Assembly: GCA_043228905.1 (NCBI GenBank)
Contig: JBHGNT010000007.1
Coordinates: 9,920,001 to 9,984,000 of the forward strand
Direction of reading: 5' to 3'
Source: Azolla caroliniana
Lineage: Eukaryota > Plantae > Polypodiophyta
Length of the DNA: 64,000 nucleotides
The notes below the pieces were generated by a model. It did not search any database, was not told the origin of the DNA, and saw only the letters and a list, made by a program, of their open reading frames with translations. Each line of letters opens with the position of its first letter. Positions within the stretch are counted from its first letter, which is position 1. Below are positions 1-9,747 of the stretch, piece by piece. Made by a program: the position numbers and the translations under genes.

Positions 1-1350
1 GCCGATGACTCGAGGACGGCGAACGCCACTTCGAGGGAGGATAAATGTTTCGGAACACCCATTGTGTACGAAACATCGGGTGATGACGGCGCAAGCATGA
101 GAAAAGCTTGCATGATCGAGGGAGAAAAAGTGTTTGAGTCTGAAGAGATTGAGGAGGTAGCCATGACAAACGACATCGAGTCGGAGGTGGCTATGGATGA
201 GTCAACGACGGATAGCCATGACGACACTTTCTTCACGCTTGTTCCAGAGACTTCGGCGGTTGCGCCCATGTGCCAACGTGAGACCGGAGAGACGGAAGGT
301 GGTGACGGGAAGACAAAGGCCCAACACAAAGAGGAAGAAGATCGAGAAAGAAAGGATATCCCCACACCTATTCTAGAGACTTCGGCGGTTGTGCACGTGC
401 GCCAACGTGAGACCGGAGAGACAGAATGTGTGGACAAAAAAGAGGACGACCGGAAGGGCGATGAAGAAGACAAGGTAAATGTAAATGAACGAAGGGATTC
501 CTTCACACTGGTTCCGGAGACTTCAGCAGTCGAGACCGTGTGTCGACATAAGACTGAAGATAAAGGAGGTGGCGAAGAGGAGACAATATGGCTCGAGGCG
601 AGCATACACGGAGGGAAGGATATGGCCGACGTGGAGGCCAAGGATGAAGCTGCGGTTGAGTTCGATGGAGAGGTTACATACGGGAAGGAAGGAAGAGTCG
701 AGAACCATTCGAACCGGAAGACGATCCGGCCGAGATTCCGGCCCGAACGAAGGAAGATCCACATGGGAGCCGATCGACTGGGGCCGACCCGGCCGAAACC
801 TAATTCGGCGAAATTCGATCGGACGATTCCGATCCAAAAGGGGGCCAACCCAGCCAGAATCAATCGGTCGAGCCCGACTCGGGGAAATGTGAATGCAGAC
901 GAAGGCCAACCAAGCCAAGAAGCGATCGGTGGAGACCGATCCGGACAAGGACAAACCCGGCCTAATCGGAGATCCACACGAACGATCTACAATACCCAGT
1001 TGAAGACGGTGAGCGTGAGGAGTGGCCAGGAGTCCAATCGAAGGACACACGCGGTGGACGAAGGAAGAGCGGTCGTATCGACGACATCGTTCGGTAGATC
1101 TACTACAACCGATCGGGGAAGATGGTGTGAGCGCCGGATATGGTGGATCGGGTGGCTACGGTGGTTCGGTTGGAAAGATTGCGCATACTCGAAGTGGAAG
1201 ACGAAGTCGACGAGCGTGCAGAGGAACTCGGTTGATCACCGTTGCCAAAGATCTCACCTCTTCACCTTTCTCGGCACATACCGGAGGATGTGCGGGTTTG
1301 GTGGGGGTGGATGTCGTGACGATTTTCGGCTACGGTGTGAAACCGAGTGA
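1..1350 (+). CDS. Acidic low-complexity ORF, open from base 1, in the 3' region of that element; three ~40-aa repeats (TLVPETSAV...RETGETE); function unknown
   Basis: ORF track 64..1350 continues in frame to base 1. Repeats at ~225, ~355 and ~495. No recognisable domain. Confidence 0.3.
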   Translation, partial: ADDSRTANATSREDKCFGTPIVYETSGDDGASMRKACMIEGEKVFESEEIEEVAMTNDIESEVAMDESTTDSHDDTFFTLVPETSAVAPMCQRETGETEGGDGKTKAQHKEEEDRERKDIPTPILETSAVVHVRQRETGETECVDKKEDDRKGDEEDKVNVNERRDSFTLVPETSAVETVCRHKTEDKGGGEEETIWLEASIHGGKDMADVEAKDEAAVEFDGEVTYGKEGRVENHSNRKTIRPRFRPERRKIHMGADRLGPTRPKPNSAKFDRTIPIQKGANPARINRSSPTRGNVNADEGQPSQEAIGGDRSGQGQTRPNRRSTRTIYNTQLKTVSVRSGQESNRRTHAVDEGRAVVSTTSFGRSTTTDRGRWCERRIWWIGWLRWFGWKDCAYSKWKTKSTSVQRNSVDHRCQRSHLFTFLGTYRRMCGFGGGGCRDDFRLRCETE

Positions 1351-1956
1351 GACGAATAAACCAAGGATGTGCAACATTGCACATGCACTTAGCAAATAAA
1401 CCTAGCCTAGTGGCACTTGAGCTCATACAGAGGGGTGCAAGCAAGGATTGAACCTTGCACCTCTAAGATACAAGATAATTGCCTTACCACTAGGACAACT
1501 ATCATATAGTGTAAATTTTATGTATTTCCTTTTCATATACAAATTATAGACGAAACAAACATAGAAAACCATGTGCACAAAACCATGGTTTTAAACCCAT
1601 GGTTTGTGCATGACATAAGCAAAACCGTGTGCACAAAACCATGGTTTTAGCCCATAGTTTTGTGCATGTCACGAGCATGGAAAGACCTATAAAAGCCTCT
1701 AGTTGGGCTTGTGTAAGGGGGGCTCAATATGTGATATCACCAACACCATTATCATCAATATAAATTATATTTGTCTTTATCTTCTTCATATTTTTCTACT
1801 TCTCAAGTGTACAATTTTTCTTCTTCTCAAGTAAACCATTTTCATTTAATCTTACATTGATCGTCATCTAGCGTCGATAATTCCGCGATCATCCTCCCCA
1901 GTCCAAGACCCCGGTGGTCGCTCGAGTAGCACACACACGCGCGAATCTTCGCGACA
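1312..1956 (+). repeat. LTR (645 bp)
   Basis: TG...CA ends, 13-bp imperfect terminal inverted repeat, upstream PPT, TATA box, short internal CACAAAACCATGGTTTTA repeats (1575-1660). Confidence 0.7.
1441..1498 (-). promoter_or_regulatory. tRNA-like Pol III internal promoter (A box + B box), antisense inside the LTR U3
   Basis: Minus strand reads TGTCCTAGTGGTAAGGC...AGAGGTGCAAGGTTCAATCCTTGC. A-box-like and GGTTCAATCC B-box motifs ~43 nt apart. Perfect GCAAGG/CCTTGC T-stem. No acceptor stem. Confidence 0.55.
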
Positions 1957-2845
1957 GCGTGCATAGCTGACTACCAAACTTATGGAGAAACATGAACTAG
2001 CTTAAATGGAGGCTGATTTTGGTCCAAGCTAACCTTAACAGAACATGGCCCTATAATTATTGCCATGACTGTCCATGTTGTTATTATGGATCTTTGTCTT
2101 ATATTGTTAAAACAGGTCTAGTTTCTATTCCATTGCTGCTTAGATTGTGTAGTGTGTTGATAATGGTTCCAGTTGCGTTATCGTTCGGAGTTTGATCTTG
2201 TGTGAATCACCTAAGCAATAGAGTAGATCAATTTTAAATATAGGTATGAAAGCCTAATAGGTTTGTTATTTCCACGACATTATCCTAAAGTTCACTGCCT
2301 TACATTGTGCACAATTATATACACATATGGTTTGATCCCATATGAACAAACTGAGGAATAGATTAGATCAACTTTTAATATAAGTATTGAATACTTTAAT
2401 AAGTTAGTTATTCCAATCACTTATCCTAATGTGCACTATCCTACATTTTCGACAATTACATACATGCACGTATGGGTCAAAGTATAAATTATATCTCATT
2501 TTATTAGTATGGATACAAGTACACCTCATAATTTTGTAAAACCTACCTAATTAATATAAGTCTTTAAGTTAGTGTTTCCCTTGTCGCACAATAGTGCCAT
2601 ATTGAGCCATAGTTGAACTTTATTTAGATACATTAACTTATCAACATGTCTAAACTTGCATGATTTCTAATGATCTCCACTCGTAGATCTATCATGTATT
2701 TTTATATTTGCAAATTCTTATCAAGTTGAGGAACATGTGATACTAGTGCATCCAATTATTGTAGAGAGGGTGTATTTGCTTCGTTTTAAGAAGATTCTAC
2801 AAGTGGAATGCGCAATCCTTCCACTTGTGAACGCGAACGTGTTAG
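1957..2845. mobile_element. Unclassified AT-rich non-coding insertion abutting the Gypsy pol
   Basis: Sharp composition change at 2845/2846, where the pol frame resumes (EEKQAMVALL). Degenerate ~140-bp tandem repeat at 2217-2475. Terminal hairpins at 2799-2828 and 2830-2843. Confidence 0.4.
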
Positions 2846-5740
2846 GAGGAAAAACAGGCAATGGTAGCACTATTAACGGATTTCAAGGACGTGTTCGCAT
2901 GGTCATACGAAGACATGCGAGGGCTGGACCCCCAGCTCTACCAGCACCAAATTCATCTAAGTACTGACGCGAAACCCATCGCTCAACGCCGGTACCGGAT
3001 GAATCCAAACTATGCGGCAAAGGTGAAGGAGGAAATTGACAAGCTTCTACGGGTCGGATTTATCCGACCAGTCAAGCAGGCAACCTGGCTGAGCCCGATA
3101 GTGGTGGTCCCGAAAAAGAACGGCAAAATCCGGGTATGTGTGGACTACAGGAAACTAAATGCCGCGACAGTGACCGATGCTTTTCCACTACCATTCACGG
3201 ACGGAGTGCTAGATGCGGTGGCCGGCCACGAAGTTTACAGCTTCCTGGATGGATTCAGCGGCTACAACCAAATCCGAATGAACCCGGCCGACCAAGAGAA
3301 AACAGCGTTCGTGACAGAATGGGGAGTGTTCGTCGCGGTCGTGATGATGTTCGGATTAAAGACAGCCCCTGCAACATTTCAAAGGATAATTATGGAAATC
3401 TTCGGGGATTTTATTCCCGGTTTTATGCAGGTCTTCCTAGACGATTTCGCCGTCTACAGCCGACACAGAGAGCATCTCGATCACCTACGACTATGCTTAG
3501 AAAAGTGCCGCGAGTACCAATTAAGTCTGAACCCGGCTAAGTGCGTCTTTGGAGTCGCAAGCGGCAACTTGTTAGGGCACGTGGTGAGTCGGGAAGGAAT
3601 CGCGGTAGATCCGGATAAAGTAAAAGCAATTCTCGACGCACCGGCACCGAATAACGCAAAGGCTTTAAGCCGATTCCTTGGTCAAATAAGGTGGCATAGT
3701 CGGATGATACGGCACCTTGCCGACTTTGCTACACCATTGCACGCTGTTGTACATAGAGTACCTTTCCAATGGACAGAAACGGAGGAGAAAGCCTACCAAG
3801 CGTTGAAGGTCATGCTGTCACAAGCTCCGGTGGTGCAGCCGCCGGACTGGAGTAAAAGCTTTCACGTCTTCGTCGACGCGTCGGACGTAGCAATCGGCAG
3901 CGTTTTGATGCAACTCACGGAACCGAAATGGTATCGGCCAGTGTACTACGCAAGCAAGAAACTCTCGAAAGCCGAACGGAACTACTCTACAACGGAACGA
4001 GAGGCATTAGGAATGGTGTACAGTGTCACAAAGTACAGGCACTATCTGCTCGGACGAAAGTTCTCCTTCCACGTTGACCACTCGGCACTACTCTACCTGG
4101 TCTCAAAGGCAGCCCTGACAGGAAAACTCGCACGATGGACGCTGCTATTACAGGAATTCGAATTCGACATTTTCCACCGACCCGGGGTGCAGCATGCGGT
4201 AGCAGACTACCTGAGCAGACTAGAATCCGGAGAATCAGGGGACGGCGTACAGGACGAATTTCCCGACGCCGAGCTGTTTAGGGTCACGACGGCACCGGCA
4301 ACGGAGGCCACAGTAGCGGACGAAGACAAATGGTTAACCGAAATGCATCAGTTCCTGAGCACCGGAGTTCCCCCGGAAAACCTGGACCGAGACGAACGGA
4401 AAAGGATGGCAGTACGGAGCAGACATTTCTGCTTGGTAGGAGACACCCTCTATCACAAGGGGGCAGATGGCGTATGGAGGCGAGCAGTGCGGAGCGATGA
4501 AAAGGATCTGATCCTGAGGGAAGCCCACTGTGGAATTGCAGGCGGGCATTATGCCGGCGAAACAACAGCCCGGAAGATATGGCAGAGCGAACTATGGTGG
4601 CCGACTACCATGAGAGATGCCGTTAAGTATAGCAGGGAATGCGACCTGTGTCAATGACTGGGCCAACCCACGGAGCAGGCCCGGATGCCACATCACCCGG
4701 TCTTGCCATTAGAACCATTCCAAAAGTGGGGCTTGGACTTTGTCGGTCCCTTCAAGCCACCGGCAATGCGGACCGGAAATCGGTATATAATAGTGGCTAC
4801 CGACTACTGCATGAAATGGGTAGAAGCAAAGGCATTACGGGACAACACGACGGCGTCCACGGCCAAATTTTTATACGAATGCATATGGTGTCGGTACGGA
4901 TGCCCGATTGAGCTGATCAGTGACCAGGGAGGACATTTCCTCGGGCAGGTGGTGGAAAGTTTGACATCATTCTATGCGGTAGTACACAAACGGAGCACTC
5001 CCTACTACCCTCAAGCCAACGGATTAGCGGAATCAACGAACAAAACGCTACAGAACATCCTTAGAAAAATCGTCAATGAGAACCGGACCGACTGGGACAC
5101 GAAGTTGCAGAGCGTTTTGTGGGCGTACCGAACGGCGTACAAGACCAGCATCCGGACGACCCCGTTTCGACTGGCATTCGGCTTGGAAGCAGTCATGCCA
5201 GTAGAATTCCAAATTCCTAGCTTAAGAATACAGGTTAAGGAGCAGTTAAGCGAGAAGGAATCTGAACGAATCCGGATGGAGATGCTGTTGGAACTGGAGG
5301 AAAACCGAATGGCCAGCCTGCTACAGCTAGAACTAGAGCAAAGGAGGAGGAAAGCCTTTGTAGACCGACATCGGCGCGGTAACGAAAAGGAATTCGAGGT
5401 CGGGAAACCTGTATTACTGTTCCAGACAAGGATGGGGAGCATGCCAGGGAAATTGCGATTTCGGTGGACCGGACCATTCTGGATCACAAAGGAGTACAAT
5501 GGGTCTTACCAGCTCGGGACGTTGTCAGGAGAAGTTGTGGGCAAATGGGCAAATGGGTTTCGCCTAAAACCGTATAAGGGGCACATGCCAGCTAACCCCT
5601 TCAAGCAAGACCCGGACATCCTGAATGGCGAGGAACCGACACAGATCCGGAGGACCGAGGAGCCGACACCGACGCGTAACAACGAGGAACCGACAACAGT
5701 GCGCACCGACCCGAACACATCGGGGGGAACCGAACAATGA
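2846..5740 (+). pseudogene. pol: Gypsy pol (RT, RNase H, integrase) with one in-frame stop at 4655-4657
   Basis: Motifs DVFAWSYEDM, LDGFSGYNQI, FLDDF, VDASDVAIG, H..GHY..CDLC, WGLDFVGP, SDQG, GPF. ORFs 2861-4657 and 4685-5740 are in the same frame (probable CGA>TGA). Confidence 0.95.
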
Positions 5741-6205
5741 TGCGGCACATGGGAAAAAAAAATAATAATAATAAAATAAAAAAATAAAAAAATAAATAAA
5801 AATAAAAAAGACGTGGTGCTACGGTTAGAAAATTCAAGACAAGAAGAGAGAAAAAAAAAAAAAAAAAGAAAAAAAAAAAAAAGAGGATCAAGAAAATCAT
5901 GGTAATGATGAAGGAGGTAGTTACAACCGTCACACGGGTGCACGAGCTATTTAAAGCACAGAACGTGGGGGGCCGATGTACAAGATTTAACATGCGCGGC
6001 AATCAAGGAGTCTTAATGACAGACACGTAGGAGATTCGACACACGCGGCAAAGAAGCGCAAGCATGACACGCGGCAGCCAAAAATAGGACATGCTATTCG
6101 AGGCAGAGGACGTGCAGGCGCCAAAATTAAAGAGTGACATACTAATTATGGCAGAAGATACGCACGCGCGAAAAACAGGAAAAGGCGGCTCGAGGGAAAC
6201 GCCAC

Positions 6206-6213
6206 TATATAAA
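6206..6213 (+). promoter_or_regulatory. Candidate internal TATA box for the extra ORF
   Basis: CCACTATATAAAGG, ~140 bp upstream of ATG 6352 in good context (GCGATGG). Confidence 0.45.
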
Positions 6214-6351
6214 GGAAGAACCGGAGAAGGGTTCACTTTTTACGAATTTTCCCACAAGCAAACACAGGCTCAAGACAGCGAGATCCGACGCGCAGAACAA
6301 CACCCACACCCCGACCTCAGACCACAGGCAGCAGCAGAGGAAGAAGAAGCG

Positions 6352-9321
6352 ATGGCACTGTCGGAAGGAGCGCGACAATGGCTGATGGAGAACGGATTAG
6401 GAGGGCTGCTGCGGGTCGCCGACGCTCCGCCACACAAGGAACCAGAGCAGGCGGCAACAGCAGTGTACCTGGCAGAAGTCACCGAAGGAGCGGTACAAGC
6501 GCTCACGGGGATTGCGGAGGGCAGACTTCAGACAATAGAGCTACCCTCGAGCCAAATATTCTTCGAGTATTTCGGCGAATATTCCCTCAGCAGCAAGGCG
6601 TATCGCACACAGGGCGGAGAGAACCTGCTGTTCGGAGAGGTGGCCCGCGCCCTAATGGAGTATGGGTTCGTGAACCCTCGTCCGGCAGCCATAGCCAAAT
6701 ACCGAGCAGCGATCGTCATCGCGACATTCGAAGGCCTGCAGGTGGACTGGCTCCACTTCATTACCGAAGGACTGAAAGAGGCGATCAAGCACTTGGTGGA
6801 AGGGAAGAAGCCATGGGCCGGAATATCCCAATGGTTAACCGTGTTGGTCCCACCGGCGTCCCCCATCAAGCACAAGAAAAGAAGTCGGCAGGAGACTACG
6901 CCGAAGCCAACCATGAAGCGCCGACGAATCCTAGAGAAACACACTCCAGGATGGACACAGGAAGAAGAAGCGCCACGGGAAGAAGGATCATCTCGACAAC
7001 CGCGGGAAGAAGGATCATCCCGACAACCGCGGGAAGAAGGATCATCCCGACAGCCGCGGGAAGAAGGATCATCTCGACAACCGCGGGAAGAAGACTCCTC
7101 CCGACAGCAACGGGAGGAAGGCTCATCACGGCAGCCAAAGAAACAGCAACAGCAACCGGCCACGAAGAAGAAAAAGGCGGAAAAAGGCAAGGAGAAGCTG
7201 GCGAAGAAGACCAGCAAGAGGCAAACCGACACCGAACCAGTAACGCTCGAATCGCAACCGGTACCAGTAAAGGAACCGATAGTCACACCGACGGAGGACG
7301 CTGAAACAGAGGAAGACTCATCCGAACCGATGTTAATACTACCAACCAGGCGAGGAAAGGAGAAACGGGCGACAAGACCGACCCCAACAACGGACGGAAC
7401 TCAGCAACGGGCGAAAGAACCGCCTCCAGTAACCGGAACAGAAGTGACACAGGATAAAGGTCCGTCTGCACCAAAGACGGCAGTACCGGAACCGACGGCG
7501 GCGGAGTTCGAAGAACAAAGAAAGGAACAAGCGCCGGAGCAAGAGAAGAGGCCGGAGAAACAGCCGGAAAAACAGCCGGAGCTAGGCACGCCTGCTTACA
7601 CCGACGAAGGCAGAACAAAGGCACAATGGCTAAGGTGGTTGTCAGGGCAATTGTCGGGAGTGGCAGACCAGATGGAGAAAGAGGAGGAGCAAAGGGAACA
7701 AGTGACTAGGACGACGACTAAGGATATGGTCATGCTCCGGGCACAATTACATGAGCTGCAAGAAGAGCTAGCACAGGCAAAAGAAGGCAGCCGACAAGCA
7801 CAAGATGGCACCGAGCCGGTCAGGACATAAGAAAAGCAAGCCGAACCAGAAATGGAGAAGGCCTTGCAAACCGGCCCTGAGACCGAGAAGTTAATAGCAA
7901 CTTTGAAAGAAGAATTACAGGCTCAGGAGGCATTGAGAGATAACGAAAGGGAGCAGCGGAAGTTGGTAGAAGACGACAGACGGCGAATGGAGGAAGGCCT
8001 TCGCCGAAGCAAAGCCACCAATGACCGACTACAAGAAGAAAACGGGAAGCTGCAAAAGGAAAAAGATAGGCTGCGCCGACGAATGGAGCAGGAAATCGAG
8101 CGGTTGCGAGAGGAACTCCGACAACAAAAGGACCGGGATGATCGGTTGCGAGCTCAGGCGAACCGACGCCTAAAACAGAAGACGGAGGAATTCGACCGAC
8201 TATGTAAGGATTATAAACAGGCCACGTCGGACATCAAGAATCAGGCAGCAACGTACGACCGACAGATAGAGAAGCTGAAAGAGCAGCTCAAGGAAAACCG
8301 CTTGGAATTGTCCAAAGCAAGGGAGGAAGTATCGGCGGAGAAGACCTTGACGTCGGAACAAAGAAAGGAGATGGAAGTACTTCGGCAGAAAGTAGGGGAG
8401 CTGACAAAGAGCAGGAACGAGGAAAAAGTGAAGTCGACTTTCGAAATCAACAAATGGCGGAGTACCTGTGACAAGCAAAAAGCCGACTCTGAAGCTCAAG
8501 CTCAGTTAATGGCCGACATCATCAAACGGATAAGGAAAGAAAAACAAGCAGCTTCGGAACAGGCTAAAGCAGGGGTTGGCCGAATTAAGTTCATCATGTC
8601 AAGTTGGAGTACCCGAGCTCAGGCCAGCATAAATGAAAGCATGGAGAAGCTCTGGAGGGAATGGGCACAACAGGCAGCTGAACTGCAGACACTCCGAGCT
8701 GATGCAGAAAATCGGAAGAAAACCGGAGATAGGTTCTATAAAATGGACGAAGAAAGTATCGTCAACATCCGGGAAGAACTGTCGGAGGATTTCTATGCTC
8801 TAGCAGAAGAGCATCTCAAGGAAATCCGAGGGTTAGTAGAGAGGTTGGATGACGGGCAGCTCGAAACCCAACTAGAATTGGAAGGGTACGAGAAGGACCG
8901 ACTGCGACAGGAAGCCGAGGGACACACAACGCCGATCTCCATCAGTGAGGGCGAGCGACCGGCTGAAGAGGACCCAACCGACAACGCACCCCGACAAGAA
9001 TTACCCGAGGAAGAACTTCCGGAGCAAGAACAGGTTGATGCCGGGGATGATGCAGAGTGGAGACAGGAAAGTACCGAATCCGGGGAGGAAAGGACACAAC
9101 CAGTGGAAACCGGAGAGAGCGATACCGGGAACGGAACGGAGGTAGAGCAGGACAGACCCGGACAGGATACAGAAGAAACACCGGTACCACCGGTACAAGC
9201 AGAGTCGGAGCAGCAAGATGCGAAAAGGCAGCCAATCCAATCGGAAGTCGGAGACGGCACAGGCAAGACAACACTTGAAACCTCTGAGCGGAGTTTGCTG
9301 GATATTTTGGAGGAAGACTGA
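6352..9321 (+). pseudogene. Retrotransposon extra ORF (~990 aa): globular N-terminus, basic/repeat linker, long coiled coil, acidic tail; one in-frame stop at 7828-7830
   Basis: ORFs 6091-7830 and 7852-9321 share a frame. E/K/Q/R heptad-like stretch at 7690-8870. No transmembrane segment seen. The terminal TGA is the first bases of the LTR. Confidence 0.8.
6973..7134 (+). repeat. Coding minisatellite, 6 x 27 bp (PREEGSSRQ)
   Basis: CCGCGGGAAGAAGGATCATCYCGACAA units with mostly synonymous variation. Confidence 0.95.
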
Positions 9322-9747
9322 AGCCGGCTGTGGGTTCGAAGTGCAACGCACTTTCCCACGGGCGTGCCATGTGTTGGCCGGTCAGAAGAAGGCAAATGGG
9401 AAAGCAAAGATGAATCGGAGTCGAAGCGGATAAATAGATAAATAGAATTATTAGGAGGGACGGATCCGGTAGTTGTAACCGATCCGGATCCGAACCGATT
9501 CGGTTTCGGTTAACGGTTGCCTAAGAGCACCGATTGTAATCTGGCCGGATGCCTATAAAAGGATCCGATGTTTTGTAATGAAGTTACGAAGAATTAATAT
9601 AGTTTTGCTTATGCTTATTGATCTTGTCTTCGTCTGTGCTTAAGTGTAATTATCATACGCGTGTATTAACATCCTATCCCTACCACCCCTTTGGAGAAGT
9701 GTCGGATAGACACCTGTGTTGCGGCTAGTCCAGCCATACATACAACA
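9319..9747 (+). repeat. 3' LTR of the Gypsy element
   Basis: TGAAG...CAACA, PPT upstream, TATAAAA at ~9554. Chromovirus integrase sequence resumes at 9748. Confidence 0.8.

Larger units (their letters stand above)
1..1956 (+). mobile_element. 3' end of an LTR retrotransposon (long 3' region, PPT, 3' LTR); 5' part lies outside the window
   Basis: Purine-rich tract GGTGGGGGTGGA (~1300-1311) directly precedes TGTCGTGACGATT (1312). The matching inverted terminus AATCTTCGCGACA ends at 1956. TATAAAA at ~1688. Confidence 0.7.
2846..9747 (+). mobile_element. Ty3/Gypsy non-chromovirus (Athila/Phygy/Selgy-like) element with an extra 3' ORF
   Basis: RT-RNaseH-integrase order, no chromodomain and no extra archaeal-type RNase H seen. 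A-rich spacer 5753-5900, large downstream ORF, PPT GGAGGAAGA, LTR 9319-9747. Confidence 0.9.

Noticed and set aside
4655-4657. Programmed stop readthrough in pol (also 7828-7830)
   Set aside because: Simplest explanation is C>T deamination, as with many other stops in this window. It falls just after the integrase zinc finger, not at a gag-pol boundary.
5506-6002. Phe-rich membrane protein ORFs
   Set aside because: Antisense translation of the poly(A)-rich spacer.
6973-7134. CRISPR-like array
   Set aside because: Head-to-tail in-frame coding repeats with no spacers, in eukaryotic TE context.
6352-9321. Envelope glycoprotein
   Set aside because: No signal peptide or transmembrane helix visible.
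9333-9342. B-box-like GGTTCGAAG near the start of the Gypsy LTR
   Set aside because: Partial match, sense orientation and no A box at the right spacing.
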